Shown here one piece after another: positions 1-11,736 of a DNA stretch of 64,000 bases. Both the position numbers and the translations under genes were made by a program. The notes under the pieces were generated by a model. That model did no database searches. It was not told the DNA's origin and worked only from the letters and a program-made list of their open reading frames with translations. How positions within the stretch are numbered: position 1 is the first letter of the stretch; every line of letters begins with the position of its first letter. Origin of the DNA: Psammoneis japonica (taxonomy: Eukaryota); NCBI GenBank assembly GCA_008632985.1, contig QPGO01000045.1, positions 124,001 through 188,000 on the forward strand, given 5' to 3'.

Positions 1-429
1 GCCCTTTGTTTTCTTGTCATCAAACTTCTTCCTAAGACAAAGCCCCTTTCTTGTTGCAACTCTGGACAAAACCACATGAACCCAGTTGTCTCTGCAGTCA
101 AAGTTGTCAACAAAACCAGGCTCTCAATTGTCGTGCCCTGGAGCTTGTGTGCAGCTGTTGTGTTGTTGCACAAAACTGGGAACTGGGTCATCTGAATCCT
201 CTGACTGATTCTTGGAGTTTTTTTGTCAATGAAACCCATGACAGGAGCAGGAAAGTTGATGATGCATGACTCTCTCCTTTTGGCCACAAGAAACAGACCC
301 CCCATGCCTTCTTCTCATGCCTCAAGACAATGGGGGCTCAACTTGTGAAACACAGGCTGACCTCACCCAGCAACCAACAATCCTCATCAACTCCAAATTT
401 TTCAAAGAAATTCAAAGAAACACCTTCCT

Positions 430-1000
430 TCTTCAGCTCAACTCCATCAAAAAAGCCAACAGTGCAATTGGCCTCCTTTTCTCAACATCTTGGCCATGGC
501 AGAGCTTGAGAAGTGGGCTCACATGTCTGGTTTCATTGCCAGCTTGCTTGATGTGGGCATCTGGACAGACTGCAAACAAAATGTCCTTGGACAGCTCATC
601 TTGAAAATCCACATGCTTGTGCCTTGTGTTCAACTTTTTCCACTTGAGGTTGCTTGTTCCTTGGGTGACAATGGCGCAGGTTGGAGGAGGCTGTGCAAGA
701 GTTTTTGAGTGTGTTCCCTCTGGCACCTTCTTAAAAATGCCATCATTGGCAGCATTCCTGTCAAGATCAGTGGCAACAGCATGGGTTGCATTGCTTGGGA
801 TGTTGCTTTCCTTTGGCCCAGTGTCACCAGGCCTGCTTCCAAACATTGCTTGGTCTTGCTGATGGTGCTTTTGATGATGTGCCACTGCAAGCTGCACTTG
901 GCATTGCAGAGGGAAATGTCGAGGGCTCCACCAAAGATGGTTTCATCAGATGGCTTTGCTTCAATGGATGGCTTCCCCTTTTGTTCCAACTCTGGTCATT
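430..1000 (-). mobile_element. Degenerate Helitron-like PIF1 helicase fragment
   Basis: ORF 433..897 contains AVATDLDRNAANDGIF and HVSPLLKLCHG, resembling the 'N..R.aIN' and 'DPvLKLY.G' segments of Helitron PIF1 helicases; lies in TpA-depleted DNA; element ends not found. Confidence 0.35.
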
Positions 1001-1565
1001 GTCTCATTTGCCGCTCTCCTCTGTTTGGACTTTCCATTGTGCAAATTCTGAGTGCATTCTTCACAGAAAGCATTTCTTGATGGTGAGTCCTCCCATGGTG
1101 ATCCCTCATCCCCGATGACGACGGTGCCATGAATGTCACCACACTCAATTCAAATGGCCTGCAAGACAACCTCAAGCTTTGCTTGAGGAGGGAAAGACAA
1201 AAACAAAGCATGTTTGTCAGAGAGAGATGGAGACAGGGAGAATTTGACAAGAGAAGCATGGACAAATGCAACAGCAGCACAAGGAAATTGGCTCAACAGG
1301 TGGAAAGGACAATGGTTTTTTGGGTCGATTTCAAACTCAACACCAAATCTGAGCTGTGATTTGTCATTTGACACCTGACAGAGCATCGAGCATCTCCCAA
1401 CGTCACTCTACAAACAGAAGCGACACACGAGATGTGCGATGAGGACATCAAAAAATGCAACAACAAAAAGAAATGAGTGGCACAAGACCAACACTCGCTG
1501 CTTGCAAGCCAACATCCAAACAACAAAAAAAAAACAGCAACCAGAAACTGACGGCTTTGCTGAGT

Positions 1566-1949
1566 TGGTGTTCCCCAAGCAAGTGTGCATTTTGGTCTGA
1601 CCAAATTGGCATTTTGGTCAAACCAAAATGCTTTTGCTGACCAAATTGCCAGACTGACCAAATCAATTTGGTTGACCAAATTGACATTTGCAAAATCTTG
1701 AGCAAATTCATTTTCATGCACATTTCCACACAAACAATGCTGATGCAGCTTCTAAAAAATTTGCGCAGCATTTTGACATGCGCATTTTCCAAGGAAGATT
1801 TCCACCAAAAGCACACCAGATTCTGCCAACCAAAATGACATTTTCAGGAAGCAAAATCATTTTGGTTGAGAGCATCAATTTCATCAACAAATTTGCACCG
1901 ACCAAAATGGCAATTTGGGCAGACCAAAGTGCACATTCAGGAAACACCA
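1566..1949. mobile_element. Decayed MITE with ~50-bp imperfect TIRs, possibly hAT-like
   Basis: Left tggtgttcc..gtgtgcattttggtctgaccaaattggcattttggtc is the inverted repeat of right gaccaaaatggcaatttgggcagaccaaagtgcac..ggaaacacca; many internal gaccaaa motifs; flanks gctgagt/cctgagc are a partial TSD at best. Confidence 0.6.
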
Positions 1950-3005
1950 CCTGAGCACCATTGATTCTTTCCAAGTCCCTCTTCACATCACTCAGTTTTC
2001 TTTTTTTCCTTTCAGGTGAAATCTCCAAATGATCAGCTTGCCAATGAAATTGAAGCAATGCATTTGTGGCAATGACTTTGAAAGGAAGCTTTTGGTCTTC
2101 ATCTTGTTCAAACAAGCGGTGGTGCTCCACTTGTGTGACGATCTCAAGGCGCACATTGCCGGAACATCTTCCACACCATTTCTGACAACCCTGTGCATCA
2201 CTTGCACAGACAATTTGTGGAGTTTTGCTCTTGATGCTGTGCTTTTTTCTGGTGGACCCACTTGATTGGTTGGGCCACTGGACTGCTGCCCATTGTCTGA
2301 TCTGGACATTGTTCCCCAGAGTGTGGCAGGAAGATGGTCTCTCTTGGTTTCATCAACAGGTGGTTGCTTTGGAGCCAGTTCTGCTGTGACAGTGTTCAAC
2401 TTGAATGAACACAAGTTTCTCTTTCATCTTTCAGCAGCACTTCATTGTTTCTGTCCATCACCTGGGGCAGTTCCACCACAGTTTTGTCCAAGCCAGCGTC
2501 CCCAAAAGATGGATCCTGGCTCTTGTTGGGTCCTTCTTTGTCACCCACTTGCAGGGGCTCCGCATCTCTCTCCAGCGCATCAAGTGGCCAACCTGCACTC
2601 AAGCTGTTCTGACAATCTTGCAGATTCTGCAGAATTCGCTGACATTGGCCATTGATCTTCTCGGGCTGAACACGGCATTGAAAACTTGAAACATGGCTCC
2701 CGTTCTCTTGGAGGTCATCTGCAGACAGGAGTGGTGCGAACAATGGTGACGCCGGTGTCGACAAGTCATGGTTTGCCGGTGATGAACATCCAAACGAAGC
2801 CCAAGAGCAACGCGGACATCCTTCTCCCTAAGATTGGCCAAATGTGACATCATCAATCATTGTGATGCGCGCACAGTGGACAACGAGACAGCCGTTCACC
2901 GTTCAGCGAAGCCACACTCCAACTGCGGTACAGCAGGCCCTACAGCAACACGATCGGCTTCCGGCTTCTCATAATTTCGAACTTTGTGTCAACAATCAAC
3001 AACCA

Positions 3006-3540
3006 TCGTTTAGTCGTGGCGCCAGAACCCCGGGTGCGGCACCGGGGTTTTTTTAATTTTTTTAATAAGGAAATTATGCATTCGACCAAGAAATTACTGT
3101 TTTTAATACGGAACAATAGCCGTTGACAAATGACACATGCGTCCGTTGAATCGATAAGATGTCAACACGATTGTTTACAATCATTTCGGGCCTCATATAT
3201 GTACTCTTACTTAAATAATTGAAGATCAAAATGAGGTTGATATATCCAAAAATGAAAAACCCGGGCGCCACGCCCTATTTCTGGTGACAGCTGTATCTCT
3301 TGTAGAGTGCACACTTTGCCGTTGGTTTTCTATTGAGAAATCTTCAGAACTATACAGAGTATAAGAGGGTGGCGTTATGTTATATCGAAAGAGTGTTGGT
3401 AATGCCGAACAAAGTAGCCGAAAATATTAGTGCTCCGTATGAAAAAATCAATTTCTTGGTCGAATGCATAATTTCCGTATTAAAAAAATTAAAAAAAAAA
3501 CGGGTGCCGCACCCGGGGTTCTGGCGCCACGACTAAACGA
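3006..3540. mobile_element. Intact non-autonomous TIR element (MITE), ~90-bp TIRs
   Basis: 3006-~3095 (tcgtttagtcgtggcgccagaaccccgggtgcggcacc...gcattcgaccaagaaat) is a near-perfect inverted repeat of 3451-3540; AT-rich non-coding interior with normal TpA; no clear TSD. Confidence 0.85.
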
Positions 3541-3907
3541 CAACAGTGCCATTCGCATCACGCGTTCGCATCTATCCGCGACATGAGCACAGCAACACAG
3601 TTAGCGTGTACACGACCACGTGGAGCACATCATTCACTCATTGAACATTCCCACTGTATCCCCACAACACGTGAGTTGGCTCACACATTGGCGCCATGAG
3701 AACAATGGTTGATGTTGCTGCTCCCACGGCGGAATTGAAGAGTTCTCACAACATCTCAAAATTCGCCGGGTTTGCCTCTTCGCGGGATGGTGTTTCCTTC
3801 TGTGCACAGAACTCACGTTGCTTGTCTTCTTCTCTCTCTTTTCAAATCTTTTACTGCCCGCCGGCCACAGTGGGCAAATCAAGCAACCGAGAAGAACCAC
3901 CCGAGCC

Positions 3908-4710
3908 ATGATCTTCCGCTTCGTCTTTCTCGCTGTTTTTGCCTCCAAGGCTTCCCAACATGGTGCACTGGGACAGGTTTGCATGTCAGGGGCAAGAAGC
4001 TTCTTCAGGGCCCACAGAAACCTCAGAAGCAAGACATTGTCATTGATCCCTGTCCTGTTGATTTAAACTCACCCGATTTGGCTGCCTGTGTAAATGGGTG
4101 GGGGAATGCGAAGGGCACAGCACGTTGCACAGCCTGCAAATCGGAGAGGAAAAAAGAGGTGAACATCGCGATTGCTTTGGGTGCTTGTGCAGATGCATCA
4201 GCAGGAGATGCGGAACATTCTGGTGGTGGTTCTGGCAACATTGCCTTGGCAGCATGCCTTGGCAATTGCAGTGGCAGCAGCGGCTGCAAATTCCGCAATG
4301 CCCGTGCTGTCGCAGGCTCAATTGGTGGAAACAAGAACAACACAACTGCGATCAGGAGTGGTCTTCACTGTGGATCCAATGCTGATGCAGGAAGAGGGGG
4401 AGGCGACTTCAATTCTGCCTTTGCAGACTGTTCTGGTGCTGACACGGTCGCCGACGCAAAAGCAGGCACCACAGGGGGCTCCAGCAACACTGCCGAGGCC
4501 ATTGTCCAGGACACAGTTGGACCACATTGCAGAGCAGCTGCAGATGTGGGAGGAGGTCCAGATCGAGCGGAGGGCAGCAACAACAAAGCCAAAGCCACAA
4601 GCATCGTTGACACTGGTCATGCTGGCACTTTTGCCACTGCCATTGACGGTGGCTGTGGCACAGCAACAGCGACTGATTGCAGCTGCACGATTTCCTGCCA
4701 TTTTTTTTTT
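3908..4710 (+). pseudogene. Decayed secreted Gly/Ala/Cys-rich repetitive protein
   Basis: Signal-peptide-like MIFRFVFLAVFASKA starts at 3908 in one frame; GxxNxAxA-type repeats (GSGNIALA, GDFNSAFA, GSSNTAEA, GSNNKAKA) lie in the frame of ORF 3772..4857; no Tyr; TpA-depleted. Confidence 0.45.
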
Positions 4711-6241
4711 GCGTTTTCTTGGAGTGTGCAGCACCTGTGGTGGAGGCGAGGAGACATGTTCCTGCCCTTGGGTGTTCTTGACAGTTGGATTGGGTCTGCG
4801 TCCACAATGGTTGCACCAACAGTTCGAATGTGGACTCTTCATGCAGCGACACTCTAGCGGAGCAAATGTGAACGCATGTCATGTGTGCACAACCAGTGTC
4901 CATCGGAGCAGTCAGATGTTCCCTCACTCTGACACACTTTCTGCATTTGAGTTCATTCAGCTGCTGTTCAATGACATGGTCAACACTTTCATTCTCCTCA
5001 AGTTTCTCCAAATCTGCAAGGTCAAACAGAACAATGTTTTTCTCATGCAACCCAACGTGGCGCCACCGGACACAGCTCCTTTTGTGCTTTCGTCCTTTCG
5101 TTGCAAACCTGTTCAACTCATTTTTGATCGTGTCGAAGTGCTCATGGGGAAGGAAGCTGAAAGTTGTCAATTTCGCGTTGCGTCATTTCTTGTGCTTTTT
5201 GGTTGAACTCCTTTTTCGAAAGCGTTGGTTTGCTGTCATCATCAGTTCTCTTTGCACATCTCTTGATCACGCGCTCGGTCCCATGAGCATCCAGCGCATC
5301 AAACACCTTCGAAGTGTCACCGGCTCCAACAGCACCAGTCACGGCAGGAGGTGGGAGCATCTTTCTCCGTCCGTGTCATTCGCTCCCCTTCTTGTCCTTT
5401 CTTCGTTGTTCAGATGGGTCTGCCAACTTGAGCCTGCAACGTTCTCCACTCACAACGATCTGATTTCATCTTCAGTGCTCCACCTTTGTACCATTCACCA
5501 TCTTTAAGCGAGAGAATTGTATGTTTGCGCGGGTGGATGTCATTGTGCTCTTCTGGACAACAAAACGTCGGTCACGAGTTCCAGTCCCGAGTAACCCATC
5601 TTTGTTGCTGTTTTTATTACTCTATTACGTAGGGCCCTACCGGTACAGGGTACCTCTCTCTCTCCTCTACTTTTCTAGCTACTACTGTAGAGAGTAGGCC
5701 CTCCTCTACTTTACACAGCATAGCACTTTGGCATAGAAGCTACTGTAGCTACTGCTAGCGTCACCTTTTAGTGATGACACAGCAAGGATCCCGTGGCGCC
5801 TTGGAAAATCGATGATCGATGTCGTGCACCTTGATCTTTGTCCTGGTAAATGACTCGAGACCTTCTTTGGCTATGTTTTCCCCCCTTTCTCGAGCCATCT
5901 ATGGTAGCTTTATAGAAAGCACTGTTGTACTAACTACCAGTGCTCAAAATGGTGCGCGCGGTATCTTTTAAAAGCAATTCTAAAACCAACTTCGTTCCGG
6001 TCTCATTGGTTTCCAACCCACTACCATCATAGAAATCTAGATAGAGCCCGGTTCATTTTCGATAACCGAAACAACTAAAGTATGTGTCTCGATTGAAACA
6101 AGTCCAGTTCAGATGGCTCTGCGTGATCCCAGTTTGTAAGCGACTTTCTACAGTTTATATACAAATGTGCGACTTGGTTGGCAACGGGTTTGGGCTGTAG
6201 CCAACTATCTTCCCTTGATATGGTAATTGTCCAGGTAGAGA

Positions 6242-7757
6242 TCACAGCGCATCCGTAAAGAGCTCCTCTGGATCAGACATTTCTCTATTCTTGAGTTGAT
6301 ACGTCTCTTTGACGTTGTTGTCATTCGTGTATTGCAAGTATGGTGCCCACGTCGGATGTACTCGCTTTGGAAGCATCCGTCCAGCTACCGAGGCGAGGTG
6401 ATACTGAGTAGGGACAAAGGGCTCTCGTACCAACTTCATTCCAACTGAGCGAATTTCATCCAAAGGCAACGAGCCCTTTCTACCATTGCACCTTTTGCAT
6501 GCAGTCACTGCATTCTCCCTAGAGTTGACGAGAGGAACAAAAGAGCGATGAGGTTGCATTTGAAAGCAAACCAGCATAGTAGACACCAGGCATCATTTCC
6601 ACACAAAAGAATAACTTACCACTTGAGTACTCCGCCTCGGCATCGAGGAAGAACATGATCCAGGGACAGATCTTGTGTGTGAAAATGATCATTGCAGTAC
6701 TGGCATTTGTATTCATCCCGAAGAAAAACGTTTCGCTTCGTAAAGGCTGGTATCTACATGGGGAAACCATTTGTCAGAACCCGTTAGTCGACATAGCACT
6801 CCTTCCAAAAACAAAAAAGCGGTACAACAAACATTGTCAACTCACACTATTGAACTGAGGGACATACTCGTTGAGGGCAATGACACTTGGCAAGGGGATT
6901 TCCAAGTCGACTGCGCGAATCACCACGTCCGGATAGGTGTCGACCACTGTCACCTTTCCACTAAAGACAGCCTTGATGGCGTCTTGCCAATTCCAAACAC
7001 TTAGTGGCAAATAACTCATGGGCTTTATACAAAACGAGTACAGGAGTGAAGCGAAAAGGTAAGAATGGGCAAACGAGAATGGATTTAGCGGACCAAACCA
7101 AGCTTGTGCCTTAATCTGAGCATGGATATCGTGGCATGATTACCTGATAATCCGCATTGAGTACCAATGCGGGGTGTCTTTCCAGCCGTTTGAGATACTT
7201 GAGTTGCTTCTCGGTTGCAGGATCTACCATAGGAGACGGCAGCGGGGAGTTGTTTTTGAGTCTATTCTTGTGCAACCGTCCACCCGGACCGGTAACGTAT
7301 CGACACGCAACGTGATGGGCCAAATCCTTTTGGGATACAGGCTTGGTCGGATCCGGACGCCGACTGCTCTTCTTTTTTCGTTTCCGATGCTTACTTTTCC
7401 GGGTTGGGAGCGACGAGGCTATTTGTTCTTTCGCGGCTGCAGCCTTGGAGGCAGCCAAAGATCCGAGCCGTTCATCTGCAAACGAAGCAACGAATAGCGA
7501 GATGAGAAAAAAATTAACAAGCATATACGTCAATAAGCATATCTCTAAGAGATTTTTGTTTAATTTTCTCATGCTGTCGTTGAAAACAACTTACCTCGCA
7601 ATGCTATTGGCATGTTGCGGGACTGACCAACAGGACCAATCGGAAATGATCGGGGAGCAAAAGCATTGGCGGGAGAGCTCAGAGAGACCAACCCTACAAT
7701 ACCAAGCAGACATAGGCTCTCGCTTCGTCGAGTGGTCTTTCTTTGATTCTTGATCAT
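6242..7757 (-). CDS. HNH endonuclease (McrA-like) with predicted bipartite plastid-targeting presequence, 5 exons
   Basis: Exons 7757-7595, 7475-7144, 7022-6846, 6753-6620 and 6518-6242 are joined in frame by GT-AG introns. Motifs: LVLNADYQP, NVFLRDEYKCQYC, LDHVLPRCRGG, WENAVTACKRCNGRKG. N-terminal hydrophobic stretch followed by ANAFAP. Confidence 0.9.
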
Positions 7758-8607
7758 TTTTCTCAAGATTCTCGCTTGAATGTTCTGTGGAACAACGTCT
7801 TTTTGCGTTGAAAGGCAGGTTCAGTCTTGTTTCTTCCAGGAATACAAAAACAGGCTATTGGAAGACTAAGTCAACAAGCTTTGCAACTGGAAACTACTAA
7901 ACAATAATATGCGACAAGCCCTCCAAATCTCGAAATGCAACAACGCAACGAACGTGTGGAGCAATGACTTGAGAAGAATCTGTGAGAAAAGAAAATTGGA
8001 TGAAATTGAAATTTTGAGACTGCAGCCGACGTCACATACCACGAGAAAGCGTAGAATCTACCTGACAGATCTTTTCTGGTTGAAGTGGGCGCGACAAACA
8101 ATCGAAATCCATCCGGAATTCTCGCAACGAAAACGTGACATCACCATGCATTAGTTTCGCGCGAAATGCATTCAAAATATGCTCAGATACGTTTATGGAG
8201 GATAAAGTGATTGATTTGGGTTCGGCGAGCGGTCGTTATTTAGGTTCGAGGATACTAAGAAGATCATAGATGTATTCAGAATCTAAAATATTATAAATCT
8301 ATAAAATGGTTTGGTAGTAATAAAGGCTGGAGGCATAATTAATCGGACTCGCCCTTTGAGAACTCATTCGTATATTTGTACGCAAGAGTGGTACGACAAA
8401 AAGAAAAAATGCATTCGAATTAATGAGGATAAATCAGCTCTTTATATATGCTGAATATGTACTATATATTCAGCATTTAATGCTAAGGAATACGCACTAT
8501 AAAAATTTGTTCACGACCGCCTGTTCTCCCCAACCTGCCGTTCTGCAGCCAAAACGACAGATACCGGTATCGCATTGCACAAGAGGCAAAGGTGTTTATG
8601 CAACACC

Positions 8608-10547
8608 ATGGCGTTGCAAAGGGTTGTAACGGCATTGGCTGCTGCAAGCAGTCTTTGTGGAACGGCCAATGCTGGTAGTTCCAATAATGTCGCGTCTGTA
8701 CCTCTCGAGCAAGTGGTGGATGGCATACGAGGCTCGGTATCAAGCAACAACAACAAGCGCAGCAGCTTTAATTTCACTAAGTGGGCAGAACGACGCGGCC
8801 CATCCCAAGAGGAGAGACAACAAGAAGCCATTGCGCGTTCTAGACGCATGAAGGAACGAGCAGAGCGTGCAAGAGAGCGTCTCGCGTCCGTTGATCCTGA
8901 TCCGAGTACTCTGGAGCGCATGACAAAGGAACAAGTAGACAAAATGAACAGCGATCAACAGGACGAGGATGAGCATTCATGGGTGAGGAGAGCCGGGTGG
9001 GCGTGGGGAGGCGGTGGTGTCAGCGGTGACTATGAGCCTTATGATCTTCAAAACATGATGGATCCTAGTCAGGAATATGACAAGTGGGCACAGGCTTATC
9101 GTATGCTCGGTGGGTACATTGACTGTGATAACACGAAATCAGAAGGTGGAAGTCATGATTCTGGTGACAATAACAACGGTGACGGCGATGCCCAGGCATG
9201 CTCTCGTTGGATGATTTGGGCTGCGGTAAGTTGGGTGAAGAGAACTTGTTGCTATGTTATAGAGGGTGTGCTCTGGTACAGCTTACTGTACTAATGTGGT
9301 AGGCAGAACGTCAACTAACTACATCTTTCGCTTTGAATGCTTTGTTGCAGTATGTCAATCCAGACTACCAAGGAAACGAATACTACGAGTATTTCGGCGA
9401 CGATCCCACTAGTGTTTTAGACTGTCACAGTCCTGACTCAAACTGGAAGCTTCTTGGTATCTACCGCCAGGAGTTTTATCAGTACATTGAACAGATATCA
9501 AAGCATCTTTGGGCCATTGACGAGTACGAATACATTGTTGCTCTGGCCGGATTGGCCTACATGACAGACTATGACTGCTTTTACGTTGGAGCTTCCGGCA
9601 GCGGTGACTCGATTTACGCTGGAGTTGTACCAGAGGAAGGAGGAAAATTCAGAATGGGTCTCTACACGGATACCTATTGCATTTACGAAAACACAGACCT
9701 AGGCATGACCTACGATGACTTTGGAATGGAAAGTGACATCAGTTTGGGATCGGGTGACAATGGTTATTATGACGAGGAAGTGTACGAATGGTGGCAGGGG
9801 GCTCAGGAGTACAAGTTAGAATTATTGAATGAGGTATACGATTCCTTTCGTTATTGCACGTCGTGCGTTGATTACCCTACCTACCAAGACGGGTATTTCA
9901 TTGGAGATTACGGAACAGACGACGATGATTTGATCAATCAGTGCTGGAAATTTTGGTCTCACGACTCCTTTGTATGTGGAAGTGACTGCATTAGCAAGGC
10001 TCATTCTCAGGGAACGATTCTTTCCGTCAACTATGGAGGCGTCACGTGGGGTACAACCCCGAGTTCCTTTTACTCCTCAAGCGCTAGCGGCAGGCGCGAT
10101 TCTCGATGGAGCCGCCTTGCAGCCAACATCTTTTTGACCTTGTCATTTATGGTGTTTATTGCCACCTTTCTGGCCTTTGCCGTGGCGCGACGCTCGCGGA
10201 ACCGTGAGCGCAGGAGTTCCAAGCACCGCCGATTGTTGGGTGACGATTCCCGCCGCCGTCGTCGCCGCAAGGAGAGTGGCGACGGTGTCTATCGTTCCTC
10301 CAAGTCGCGCACTTCGAGCCGAGGCCGTCGAGAAGGTGATGGCGATGGAGTCTTTCGGTCGAGCCCGAAATCTCGTCGGAGCTCACGAGAACGGAGAAAG
10401 TCGAGATCTTCCTCTCGTCGACGTGAAAACGGTGATGGTGGATACCAGCCACCGTCTCTTCCCGAGAGAGGCGAAGAACGTAGGCGAGGTAGCTCTCGCA
10501 ACCGCAAGAATTCGTCATCCTCTGCTAGGCGCGATGACGAGTTTTAG
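8608..10547 (+). CDS. Diatom-type Cys/Tyr/Asp-rich single-pass membrane protein with Arg/Ser-rich tail, 2 exons
   Basis: Exons 8608-9225 and 9351-10547 (gtaag...ttgcag intron); signal peptide, acidic Cys-rich domain (AYRMLGGYIDC, CSRWMIWAAY), TM helix IFLTLSFMVFIATFLAFAV, basic tail. Confidence 0.85.
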
Positions 10548-10795
10548 AAGGAACACCTGCCTCATTTATCTATGTATCGAGTCTTTGAGAGTGCCTATCT
10601 CGTGCAGAATGTTAACCAATGGCATCGTACCTTGAAGACTCGCCTACCAAATATATGTCTTAATCAATTAGGTTCAGTGATTTTTCATGCAAGTTCAGTG
10701 CTCTGTCGCCGTCTACCAAGACAGTTGAATGAAGCGCTGAGTTTTCATTTCACAACGCGTGATGCGGTATGTTCAAGCGGTTCGCTATGATAAGT

Positions 10796-11455
10796 TTAGC
10801 TTTCAGAAGAAGCACGTCCTCTCCCACTACCCCCACGACCTCTTCCTCTCCCACCTCCTCGTCCACGGCCACCACGCCCTCCTCCACGACCACCGCCTCT
10901 ACCCCGTCCGCCACGTCCAGACGTTCTCGGCGCACTCTGGTATTGTTGTTCTTGTTCAGCCGCACGTTCCAACAAATCGGGTGGAAGACGAAAGTACTTG
11001 ATTGCAGATCCGCGTATATAACAAGAAGGAAGCTTCCAAAAGCGGTCGCCATCTTTGGACGTGCAAATGACGTCTCTCAAATTCATATTCATCCATGCAT
11101 CGCAAGATACCAACCGTCCATTGTACGTATCACCGCCTTTGAGTTCCACCAGCAATGGCGACCCTGTCGCTGCTCTCAGCAATGATAATGGTAACTTTAT
11201 GAAATTAAAAGATGAAGAAATCATAAATCAAAGGTAAGTGAGCTAAGATTTGACTGACAAGCCGAACAGCGGGCATGCAACAGGCAGTAGTGCGCCGCGA
11301 TTTCAGAAGATTTCTCACTATCATGTAAAACGAGGAAGATGTATCTGCTCGTCCGACTAACTTCTTGATGACAACAACCAAATATCGATGCTTCTACCGC
11401 AGCTTTTCATATTGCAAAAATATTAGATGCCCGCCGCTTCAACACAACTCACCAT
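10796..11455 (-). CDS. LSM4: U6 snRNA-associated Sm-like protein LSm4
   Basis: [44 protein letters not shown] plus RGG tail; main exon 11194-10796. The start micro-exon is either ATG|gtgag at 11455-11453 or ATGATA|gtgag at 11324-11319. Confidence 0.93.
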
Positions 11456-11574
11456 GGTGATTTCTTGTGTGCTGTCAACTACTCGTCAACACTCAATCAG
11501 CGACAACGGGCCCGAACGTGTGACGGACGGACTGTCGGATTCTCCAAATCTCTCACAATTTCAAGTGTGGCAAT

Positions 11575-11736
11575 GCTGCCAACTGTCATTGACCCTGTTG
11601 GTGGTGATGCCATTGTCATGTTTGACCAACAGTCAAGTCACAGTGGTCTCAGTTGGCTGCCAGCTGTCATTGACCCTGTTGGTGGTGATGCCATTGTCAT
11701 GTTTGACCAACAGTCAAGTCACAGTGGTCTCAGTTG
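11575..11736. repeat. Tandem duplication, 2 x 81 bp
   Basis: gctgcc(a/g)..tcattgaccctgttggtggtgatgccattgtcatgtttgaccaacagtcaagtcacagtggtctcagttg at 11575 and 11656; one mismatch. Confidence 0.95.

Noticed and set aside
11195..11452. snoRNA in the long LSM4 intron
   Set aside because: No convincing C/D or H/ACA boxes with terminal stems, and the intron may be shorter if the alternative start exon is used.
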